Below are positions 1 through 7,506 of a DNA stretch of 64,000 nt, one piece after another; position 1 is the stretch's first letter, and each line of letters starts with the position of its first letter. This DNA comes from Alloprevotella sp. (GTDB lineage Bacteria; Bacteroidota; Bacteroidia; Bacteroidales; Bacteroidaceae). The position numbers and the translations under genes were made by a program. A model generated the notes under the pieces. It was not told the DNA's origin, searched no databases, and saw nothing but the letters and a program-made list of their open reading frames with translations. Location: NCBI GenBank assembly GCA_045636405.1, contig JAZTXL010000003.1, positions 3,021 through 67,020 on the forward strand, read 5' to 3'.

Positions 1-264
1 CAACTCAAGGAGGAACCGCGCACCATGATTTTCTATGAGAGCCCCTATCGTGTGGTCAAAACCCTTGCGCAGTTTGCCGAAACCTTTGGCGCCGAGCGCC
101 GTGTAGCTGCCTGCCGCGAAATATCCAAGCTCCACGAAGAGTGTGTGCGTGGCACGATGGCCGAAGTGCTGGCCCATTTCGAAGAGAACGAGCCGCGCGG
201 CGAGTTTGTCATTGTGGTGGAAGGGCTGGTGCGCGAGAAGAAAAAGTCCAAAAATGTAGAATGA
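1..264 (+). CDS. rsmI: 16S rRNA (cytidine(1402)-2'-O)-methyltransferase, C-terminal part (5'-truncated by window edge)
   Basis: Open frame from base 1: QLKEEPRTMIFYESPYRVVKTL...ACREISKLHEECVRGT...PRGEFVIVVEG, the typical RsmI C-terminal motifs (FYESP, REISKLHEE, RGEFV). Confidence 0.93.
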   Translation, partial: QLKEEPRTMIFYESPYRVVKTLAQFAETFGAERRVAACREISKLHEECVRGTMAEVLAHFEENEPRGEFVIVVEGLVREKKKSKNVE

Positions 265-282
265 CACCTTACTATTAGTGGT

Positions 283-1155
283 ATGAAAAAGATATACTTA
301 GGAGCCGCCCTGCTAGCCTTCTCGCTGGTGGCTTGCGATTTTCCGAAAGAACAAAATGCCGCCCAAGCAGAGATGGTAGACTCGTCCGACTCGCTGCAAA
401 GGGTGATTCAGCAAAAGGACAACGAGCTGAACAACATCATGAGCACCCTCAACGAAATACAGGAGGGCTTCCGCCAAATCAACGAGGCTGAGGGCCGCGT
501 ATGCATTGAAAGCGTCAGCGGAGAAGGCTCCAAGCACAAAACCATCATGGAGAACATGGCCTTCATCCAGCGCACGATGAAGACCAACCGCGAGTTGATT
601 GCCAACCTCAAGCAGCAGTTGAGAAACACCACTTCCACCAACACCAAACTGAAAGCTACCATTGAGGAAACTCTGGCCGGGCTGATGGTGCAGATGGAGG
701 AAAAAAATACCAAGATTACAGCCTTGAAAGAGGAATTGGCACAGAAGGAAACACGTCTGGCCGAGCAAGGCGACAGCATCTCTGTGCTCGCCACCAATGT
801 GGCAGAGCTAAGCTCGGACAATGCCGAGAAACAAATCACCATGGCCAAGCAGGAAATAGAACTCAATACGGCCTGGTATGCATTGGGTACAAAGAAAGAA
901 CTCCGTTCACAGAAAATTCTGAAGGATGGCGATGTGTTGCGCACTGGCGACTTCAATAAGAATTACTTTACCCGCATCGACTTAAGAGAGACCACCGTGA
1001 TACCCCTTGATTCGAAGAGCGCAAAACTCCTTACCAACCACCCCGCAGGCTCTTATGGCTTGGAGAAAGACGGCCAAGACAAGTACGTGTTGCACATCTA
1101 CAATCCCCAAACCTTTTGGAGCGTGAGCCGTTACCTTGTGGTGTCGGTAAAATAA
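283..1155 (+). CDS. Conserved Bacteroidetes coiled-coil lipoprotein (resembles Cbp1-type collagen-binding adhesin family)
   Basis: 290 aa; lipoprotein signal MKKIYLGAALLAFSLVAC; long heptad coiled coil; C-terminal NTAWYALGTKKEL...FWSVSRYLVV domain; position after rsmI matches recalled Bacteroides synteny (family name from memory). Confidence 0.6.
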   Translation: MKKIYLGAALLAFSLVACDFPKEQNAAQAEMVDSSDSLQRVIQQKDNELNNIMSTLNEIQEGFRQINEAEGRVCIESVSGEGSKHKTIMENMAFIQRTMKTNRELIANLKQQLRNTTSTNTKLKATIEETLAGLMVQMEEKNTKITALKEELAQKETRLAEQGDSISVLATNVAELSSDNAEKQITMAKQEIELNTAWYALGTKKELRSQKILKDGDVLRTGDFNKNYFTRIDLRETTVIPLDSKSAKLLTNHPAGSYGLEKDGQDKYVLHIYNPQTFWSVSRYLVVSVK

Positions 1156-1165
1156 GATTAGGACG

Positions 1166-1849
1166 ATGAAGAAAGTATGCCTCTTTCTTTCCTCTCTTTT
1201 CTTGCTGAGCAGCTGTAGTTACACCCAGATGGCCGGCGTAGCCACCGGAGGTAGCCTGGGCGCTATCTTCGGCTCCAGCATAGGCGGCTTGATGGGCGGC
1301 CCGCGTGGCTCAGACGTAGGCAGCCTGGTGGGCTTGATGGCCGGTGGTGCTCTGGGTGCAGCCGCAACGACAGAGCGATCAAAGGAAACCGACTACGAAA
1401 GAAAGGCCGGCTATTCTGCTTACCGAACTCCTCACCACTACACCGAAGATATTCAATACGGATACAGCGAGCGCCCTTCTGCGCATAGAAACAACGCCCC
1501 ACAGTCTGGTTGGGCTTATCTGGAAGTGAGCAATCTGCGCTTCAACGACTCCAATAATAACCGCTGCCTCGACGCCGGCGAGAAGGCATATATTATAATG
1601 GACATCTACAATCGCGGTACGGCTCCGTTGCACAATGTGGCTCCGCAAGTGAGTTGCGACAATCGCCGCATCAGCATCTCGCCCACCGCCATTGTCAGCA
1701 TGTTGCCTCCCGGCTCGGGCATTCGCTATAAGGCCGCCCTCGTGGCCGACGAGCGTTTGAAGAGTGGTCAGTCCCTGTTTACGGTGAGCTTCGGCGAGGG
1801 CCGCGAGAAGGTTGTGGCCAAAACATTCCCCATTCAGACCGCCCGTTAG
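1166..1849 (+). CDS. Glycine-zipper lipoprotein with C-terminal Ig-like domain
   Basis: 227 aa; lipobox LLLSSC; GGSLGAIFGSSIGG...GLMAGGALGAA glycine zipper; beta-rich C-terminus. Confidence 0.7.
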   Translation: MKKVCLFLSSLFLLSSCSYTQMAGVATGGSLGAIFGSSIGGLMGGPRGSDVGSLVGLMAGGALGAAATTERSKETDYERKAGYSAYRTPHHYTEDIQYGYSERPSAHRNNAPQSGWAYLEVSNLRFNDSNNNRCLDAGEKAYIIMDIYNRGTAPLHNVAPQVSCDNRRISISPTAIVSMLPPGSGIRYKAALVADERLKSGQSLFTVSFGEGREKVVAKTFPIQTAR

Positions 1850-1917
1850 CCCATTTTCATCGCCCTACCCAGCGCAGCGGAAATTCCCCATCCGAAATAG
1901 AAAATCAGAATAAGCAC

Positions 1918-3546
1918 ATGCAGAAAACCCTGCAAATAAGAGTTAGCCCCGAAGTGGCAGCCACAGAGTCTTTGCTTCGCAGACACGTAGCAGAGACTCT
2001 CTCTGTAACTCAGAAAGCCATCAAAGCCCTTCGCATACGTCGCCGCAGCATCGATGCTCGCCAGCGTACCATTTTTGTGAACCTCACACTGGATATTTTC
2101 CTTTACGAAGCTCCCACCGAGCCTGAGTTTGAAACAATAGAATACACCAATGTGGCCCACGCCAAGCCCGTAGTGGTGGTGGGCGCAGGCCCTGGCGGAC
2201 TTTTTGCCGCCCTGCGCCTGATAGAGTTGGGCTTGCGCCCGATATTGCTTGAGCGCGGAAAAGATGTGCGCGAACGTAAGAAAGACATTGCCCGCATCTC
2301 GCGCGAGCACCTGGTAGACCCGGAGAGCAATTACTCCTTTGGCGAAGGCGGAGCAGGAGCTTATTCCGACGGCAAGCTATATACGCGCTCCAAGAAGCGT
2401 GGCAATGTGGAGAAGATACTCCGTGTCTTTTGCCAGCATGGTGCGAAGACCGACATCCTTTGCGATGCACATCCGCACATCGGCACCGACTGTCTGCCAC
2501 GCATCATTGAGAACATGCGCGAGCAAATCCTGCAGTGCGGCGGCGAGGTGCATTTCCAAACGCGCACCGACCGCTTCCTCTTCAGTCAGGGAAAGGTGGT
2601 GGGTGTAGCTACTGCCGACGGCCGAGAGTTTGAAGGCCCGGTCATCTTAGCCACCGGCCACTCCGCCCGCGATGTCTATCGCTACCTCCACAACGCCGGC
2701 ATCGCCATCGAAGCCAAAGGCATCGCCGTAGGCGTTCGCCTGGAGCATCCCTCAGCCATCATCGACCGCATACAATACCATAATTCCAACGGCCGTGGCA
2801 AGTATCTTCCTGCCGCCGAATATAGTTTTGTCACTCAGTCGGGCGGCCGTGGAGTTTATAGCTTCTGCATGTGTCCCGGAGGCTTCGTAGTGCCTGCTGC
2901 CAGCGGACCTGAGCAGGTGGTGGTAAATGGTATGAGTCCCTCAGGGCGTTCTTCGCGCTGGAGCAACTCCGGCATGGTGGTTGAAACACACCCCGAGGAT
3001 TTGGAAGGCGAACTCAAGCCTTTCCTGCAAGAAGCTATGGCTGACGAGGCCTTTGCTGCTGCCCACCCCGAAGGTTGCCTGAATCCGGACAACCCATTGC
3101 GCATGATGTACCTGCAAGAAGCCATCGAGCGCGCTTGCTGGCGCCAGGGCGGCTGCAAGCAAACAGCCCCTGCGCAGCGTATGGCCGACTTTGTCAATCG
3201 CCGTTTGAGCAGCGAGCTACCCGCCTCCAGCTATTCGGCAGGCTTGCTCGCCTCGCCCCTCCACTTCTGGATGCCCAAGTTCATTACCACCCGTCTGCAA
3301 GATGCCTTCGGTCAGTTTGGGCGCAAGAGTCGCGGCTTTCTGACCAACGAGGCCGTGCTCATCGCCGCCGAAACCCGCACCTCGGCGCCGGTGCGCATTC
3401 TCCGCAACGACGACACGCTGCAACACATCACCCTCGAAGGCCTCTTCCCCTGCGGCGAAGGAGCCGGATATGCCGGCGGCATTGTTTCGGCAGCCATCGA
3501 CGGCGAGCGTTGTGCTGAGGCCGTGGCAAGGTATAGCGGAATGTAG
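1918..3546 (+). CDS. Uncharacterised NAD(P)/FAD-dependent oxidoreductase
   Basis: 542 aa; Rossmann motif VVVGAGPGGLFAA, FGEGGAGAYSDGKL, SFCMCPGG, GLFPCGEGAGYAGGIVSAAIDG. Confidence 0.88.
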   Translation: MQKTLQIRVSPEVAATESLLRRHVAETLSVTQKAIKALRIRRRSIDARQRTIFVNLTLDIFLYEAPTEPEFETIEYTNVAHAKPVVVVGAGPGGLFAALRLIELGLRPILLERGKDVRERKKDIARISREHLVDPESNYSFGEGGAGAYSDGKLYTRSKKRGNVEKILRVFCQHGAKTDILCDAHPHIGTDCLPRIIENMREQILQCGGEVHFQTRTDRFLFSQGKVVGVATADGREFEGPVILATGHSARDVYRYLHNAGIAIEAKGIAVGVRLEHPSAIIDRIQYHNSNGRGKYLPAAEYSFVTQSGGRGVYSFCMCPGGFVVPAASGPEQVVVNGMSPSGRSSRWSNSGMVVETHPEDLEGELKPFLQEAMADEAFAAAHPEGCLNPDNPLRMMYLQEAIERACWRQGGCKQTAPAQRMADFVNRRLSSELPASSYSAGLLASPLHFWMPKFITTRLQDAFGQFGRKSRGFLTNEAVLIAAETRTSAPVRILRNDDTLQHITLEGLFPCGEGAGYAGGIVSAAIDGERCAEAVARYSGM

Positions 3547-3617
3547 TCGGAGCGCAAAACAAAGGGCTGTCTGTCAAACTTTTCAAAGAAAAAAGGCGCC
3601 CGTATCTTTTTTATTTG

Positions 3618-3625
3618 TAGCTTTG
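3618..3625 (+). promoter_or_regulatory. Bacteroidetes sigma-A -7 box (TAGCTTTG)
   Basis: Matches TAnnTTTG 50 nt upstream of the nucleotidyltransferase start. Confidence 0.6.
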
Positions 3626-3675
3626 CAAAACCATAGTACAGCATACAATAATTACTATCTAAAAAATAATTTACT

Positions 3676-4587
3676 ATGAAACCTACTCTTTTTCTCCTCG
3701 CAGCCGGTATGGGAAGCCGCTATGGCGGTTTGAAGCAGCTCGATAGCCTTGGCCCTAATGGCGAAACCATCATGGACTATTCTATCTATGACGCTATCAA
3801 CGCAGGCTTTGGCAAGCTCGTATTTGTTATCCGTAAAGATTTCGAAGAAGATTTCCGCCGCATCGTGCTCTCTAAGTACGAAGGTCATATCCCTTGCGAA
3901 TTGGTGTTCCAGGCTTTGGACGCACTGCCCGAAGGCTTTACCTGTCCTGCCGACCGTGTGAAACCCTGGGGTACTAACCACGCTGTGATGATGGGTAAAG
4001 ATGCCATCAAGGAGCCATTTGCAGTGCTCAACTGCGATGACTTCTACGATCGCGACGCCTTCAAGGTGATGGGTAAGTTCTTGAGCGAGCTTCCCGAAGG
4101 TAGCACCGGAAAATATGCCATGGTGGGATTCCGTGTTGGCAACACCCTCTCTGAAAGCGGTACTGTGAGCCGTGGTGTTTGCGAAACCAACGAGCAAAAC
4201 CTCCTTACCAGCGTAGTAGAGCGCACCAAGATTCAGCGCTTCGACGGTGTAGTGAAATACCTCGACGAGAACGAAGAATGGGTTGCCATCCCCGATAGCA
4301 CTCCCGTTTCTATGAACTTCTGGGGCTTCACCCCCGACTATTTCGAACACAGCGTTGAGTACTTCAAGACTTTCCTTTCTGATCCTAAGAACATGGAGAA
4401 CTTGAAGAGCGAGTTCTTTATCCCCCTCATGGTAGATAAGCTCATCAACGACGGCACAGCTACTTGCGAAGTGCTCGACACTACTTCTAAGTGGTTCGGT
4501 GTTACTTATCCCGAAGACCGCCCCGAAGTGGTAGAGAAATTCAAGAAGCTCGGCGAAGAGGGCGTTTATCCCGAAAAGATGTTCTAA
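3676..4587 (+). CDS. Sugar-phosphate nucleotidyltransferase (NTP_transferase family)
   Basis: 303 aa; LLAAGMGSRYGGLKQ, KPWGTNHA, NCDDFY, WFGVTYPED motifs. Confidence 0.88.
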   Translation: MKPTLFLLAAGMGSRYGGLKQLDSLGPNGETIMDYSIYDAINAGFGKLVFVIRKDFEEDFRRIVLSKYEGHIPCELVFQALDALPEGFTCPADRVKPWGTNHAVMMGKDAIKEPFAVLNCDDFYDRDAFKVMGKFLSELPEGSTGKYAMVGFRVGNTLSESGTVSRGVCETNEQNLLTSVVERTKIQRFDGVVKYLDENEEWVAIPDSTPVSMNFWGFTPDYFEHSVEYFKTFLSDPKNMENLKSEFFIPLMVDKLINDGTATCEVLDTTSKWFGVTYPEDRPEVVEKFKKLGEEGVYPEKMF

Positions 4588-4613
4588 GTCCACTTAGACT
4601 CCGAGAATAAAAC

Positions 4614-4655
4614 AGGGAGGTGTCTGTACATGTACGGACACCTCCCTCTCTTTTT
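4614..4655 (+). terminator. Intrinsic terminator
   Basis: AGGGAGGTGTC/GACACCTCCCT 11-bp stem followed by CTCTTTTT, 27 nt after the stop codon. Confidence 0.75.
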
Positions 4656-4805
4656 GTGTGTGGAGATGATGGGGGATGAAAGCCCCGGCCAATCTCCCTT
4701 AATAGAGAGAGGCTTTGAGCGCTGAGGTAAGTTTGGGGAGTAAAGCATCCCGGTGGTAGAGAAAGTGGAAAACCTCACGGCCCACACCTAGCTGACCACT
4801 GCCCA

Positions 4806-4891
4806 TTTCGAAAGTCTGATCTAGGAAAAACTAGGTCTTAAGAAATTTTTCCTAGGTCTTGCGGAATTTTTCGCAGATCAGACTTTCGAAA
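4806..4891. repeat. 86-bp intergenic element with perfect 17-bp terminal inverted repeats (CTAGGAAAAA family)
   Basis: TTTCGAAAGTCTGATCT (4806-4822) / AGATCAGACTTTCGAAA (4875-4891); reverse complement matches 62773-62858 at 83/86 and also matches 43932-44002. Confidence 0.92.
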
Positions 4892-4934
4892 ACGGGGTCC
4901 GCAGGGCGGCGTTCGCAGGCGTTTATGAAATTTT

Positions 4935-5017
4935 GTAACGAGCCATGTTACAATGTGTAACTTCCCATGTTACGAAGTGTAACATGCCATGTTACAAGTT
5001 GTAACACGCCGTGTTAC
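4935..5017. repeat. Tandem array of 4 palindromic 22-bp units GTAAC-N7-GTTAC-N5
   Basis: GTAAC at 4935, 4957, 4979, 5001, each followed 7 nt later by GTTAC. Confidence 0.95.
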
Positions 5018-5040
5018 TTTTATAAGCAAAGGGAAAGGAG

Positions 5041-5075
5041 AAGCCCCCTCCTAAACTCCCCCTAAAAGGGGAGGA
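5041..5075. repeat. REP-like C-rich hairpin AAGCCCCCTCCTAAACTCCCCCTAAAAGGGGAGGA (degenerate second copy at 4680-4714)
   Basis: CTCCCC/GGGGAG stem preceded by a CCCCCTCC arm; 4680-4714 has the same AAGCCCC...TCTCCC...GAGAGAGG layout. Confidence 0.45.
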
Positions 5076-5100
5076 ATTTTTTTCACCCTACATTACCCTC

Positions 5101-5168
5101 GTTTCTTTGTAGCTTTCTAGGAAAAAACAGTAAGCTACAAATTCTCTCCTAGCGAGCTACGAAGTAAC
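5101..5168. repeat. CTAGGAAAAA-family element (68 bp)
   Basis: Imperfect terminal IR GTTTCTTTGTAGCT / AGCTACGAAGTAAC; internal CTAGGAAAAA at 5117; reverse complement resembles 43993-44040. Confidence 0.7.
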
Positions 5169-5232
5169 GGCTCAAGATGACCGTAGATTTTCAGAAGGTT
5201 ACGAAGCCCAAGAGAGGTCCACTTTTCGCGGC

Positions 5233-7422
5233 TCAATGCTTACCGCCCTTTTCTCCCCCTTCGTATTGCATGGAGAAGGGCAAGCCGCGTTGCATCATGT
5301 CGGCTAGCAGAGGCTGCAGACGCTTGCAGAACGATGCCCACGAGCGCTTGGAGGGTTGGCTCCAACCCACTTCGGCCAGGGCGATGGCGCGGGGATAGGC
5401 CTGATAGAAGAGGCGCTCGGGCGAGGTGATACATTCGCTCCACAGCGTGCCGGCCACTCCGTAGAGATGGCTCTCTTCAAATTTCTTTTCTCTGCCCCAT
5501 GACGGCTCAAGGCTGTAGGTTTGCTTCAGCGAGGTGGTGGGCATTCCCCAGTTCACCTCGGGCATATCGCCGCGGGCCATGGGGTAGTCCAGATAACAAT
5601 GTTCGCCCGGGCAGAGCATGATGTGTGCGCCGTTGGCCATGGCGGCGTCGATGGCAGCATTGGTCAGTCCGTGGCGCCAAGCAAAGGTGATGCAGCCTTC
5701 GGGTATGTTTTTGAAGTCGGTCTCGTACCAGAACATCGGCGTCTTGCCGTGGCAAGTGCGCAGCGTGTCAATGGCACGCTGGAACATATATTCCTGCAAG
5801 CGCCAGTTCTCGCTGCGGTCGGTGGTGGTGATGCCGAGGCGCTGCTTGAGGGCTTGGCATTTCTTACAATGCGTCCAGCAGTCGAGCGCAGGGTTTCCGG
5901 CCTCGTCGCCGCCCAAGTGAATGTAGCGACTGGGGAACACATCGGCCAACTCGCGGAACACATTTCCCAAAAACTCATATACAAATTCTTCGCCAGGGCA
6001 CAACAATTCGTTGGACACACCACACGTCAGGCGGATGGGCACTTGGCGGCCGCCGCAGGTGAGTTGCGGATAGCAGTGGATGGCTGCCACCTCATGGCCG
6101 GGCATCTCTATTTCGGGGATAATCTCTACGTGGTAGCGCGCGGCGAAGTCCACCAGTTCGCGCATCTCGGCCTGTGTGTAGAAACCCGAGGTGGGCAGCA
6201 GCATGTCGTCCATACCCACACGCGAAGCACCCAGCTCCGTCAGCAGAGGGTAGGATTTTATCTCGATGCGCCAGGCTTGGTCGTCCACCAAGTGCAGGTG
6301 GAGCGCATTGAATTTGTAGCGCGCCATCTCCACGACAAAGTCCTTCAGAGTTTGTAGCGGGATGAAGATGCGGGCAGGGTCTACCATCAACTCACGCATA
6401 CGGGTGCGTGGTGCATCGGCAATCTCGACGGCGGGAAGGCCGGCGCAGCACTTTCCTTCATCAGCAATGAGCATCTGCTCCAGTGTCATCAGTCCCCAAA
6501 ATACGGCTTGCGGCGTGCAGCCTTGTAGCGTGATGCCCGAGGCCGACACATTTAATATATAGGCCTCTTCGTTCTCCAAAGAGGGGTTGAGGCTGAGGCG
6601 TATAGTTCCTTTGCCGCGTCCGGACTTGAAGGTGGTGCGCTCAGAGAGGATGCGCTTCAAGTGGGTGTGCTCGTTTTCCAAACCGTCCTCTACGACGATG
6701 CGGCCTACGTTTTTCCAGAGCAGCGGCTCACGACCGGTGTAGCGCAAAGATTGGGGTGCCGGTGTGAGATAGAGCGAGTCGGGCACCAGGGCGGTGCTTT
6801 CTTTTTGGAAGAAGTGGCGCCAGCCCTCGGCGGTGCGATAGGCTTTGCGGGCACCTTTGGGCAGAACGAGTTGGCAACGCTTGGAGTCGATGCCGGAAAA
6901 GGTGTTGGCTTGGGCCGTGGGAGGAACGGGCGAGTTGACCACTATCTGCCGCAGCCCGCTGCAATGGGCAAAGGCGTAAGCGCCCAGTTCGGGGCTGCCA
7001 TCAATGTGCAGCTCGCTCAAGCGCTTGCAACCGGAGAATGACGCAGTACCTACGGTGCGTAGCGAAGCGGGCAGGCGGAGCGTTTGCAGGGAGTCGCAAG
7101 CAAAGAAAGCCTGCGAGCCAATTTCTTCCACACCTTGTGGTAAGAGCAAAGTCTGCAGGCGGTGGTGGGAGTAGAGCGCATTCTTAGGAATGACAGGGCA
7201 GTTGGCGCGGCTAAGGTCGAGGTGGTTCAGCCTAAAGCAGAGGTCGCGCAGCTGGCGGAAGTCGGAATTGCCGGAGAGGGTAGGTGTGCCGGTGAGTACA
7301 ATGCTTTTTGCTGCAGCCTTTTGCTCAGGTTGTAGTTGCGAGATGGAGTTCACCTGCTGGGCCTTTGCTGTGAAGAAGGAGCCGATGAGGGCGAGGCTGA
7401 TAATAAGTACGTGTTGCTTCAT
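5233..7422 (-). CDS. BspA-type leucine-rich-repeat / GH20 beta-N-acetylhexosaminidase fusion
   Basis: 729 aa; signal peptide; LRR_5 repeats (IGSQAFFACDSLQTLRLPASLRTVGTASFSGC); GH20 motifs HLHLVDDQAWRIEI, PEIEMPGH, catalytic HLGGDEAG, GTLWSE. Confidence 0.9.
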   Translation of the reverse strand: MKQHVLIISLALIGSFFTAKAQQVNSISQLQPEQKAAAKSIVLTGTPTLSGNSDFRQLRDLCFRLNHLDLSRANCPVIPKNALYSHHRLQTLLLPQGVEEIGSQAFFACDSLQTLRLPASLRTVGTASFSGCKRLSELHIDGSPELGAYAFAHCSGLRQIVVNSPVPPTAQANTFSGIDSKRCQLVLPKGARKAYRTAEGWRHFFQKESTALVPDSLYLTPAPQSLRYTGREPLLWKNVGRIVVEDGLENEHTHLKRILSERTTFKSGRGKGTIRLSLNPSLENEEAYILNVSASGITLQGCTPQAVFWGLMTLEQMLIADEGKCCAGLPAVEIADAPRTRMRELMVDPARIFIPLQTLKDFVVEMARYKFNALHLHLVDDQAWRIEIKSYPLLTELGASRVGMDDMLLPTSGFYTQAEMRELVDFAARYHVEIIPEIEMPGHEVAAIHCYPQLTCGGRQVPIRLTCGVSNELLCPGEEFVYEFLGNVFRELADVFPSRYIHLGGDEAGNPALDCWTHCKKCQALKQRLGITTTDRSENWRLQEYMFQRAIDTLRTCHGKTPMFWYETDFKNIPEGCITFAWRHGLTNAAIDAAMANGAHIMLCPGEHCYLDYPMARGDMPEVNWGMPTTSLKQTYSLEPSWGREKKFEESHLYGVAGTLWSECITSPERLFYQAYPRAIALAEVGWSQPSKRSWASFCKRLQPLLADMMQRGLPFSMQYEGGEKGGKH

Positions 7423-7506
7423 AGTAAATAGATGCTACGGGAAAATGATAAGAAAAGACCGGACAAGGGCTACGGGTAGCTACCTGTCCGGTCGTTGTTG
7501 TTTCTA

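Noticed and set aside
4806-4891. 86-bp element as a Bacteroides-type invertible promoter (inverton)
   Set aside because: No TAnnTTTG box inside, it lies between convergent genes, and no invertase is nearby; the same unit is dispersed like a repeat
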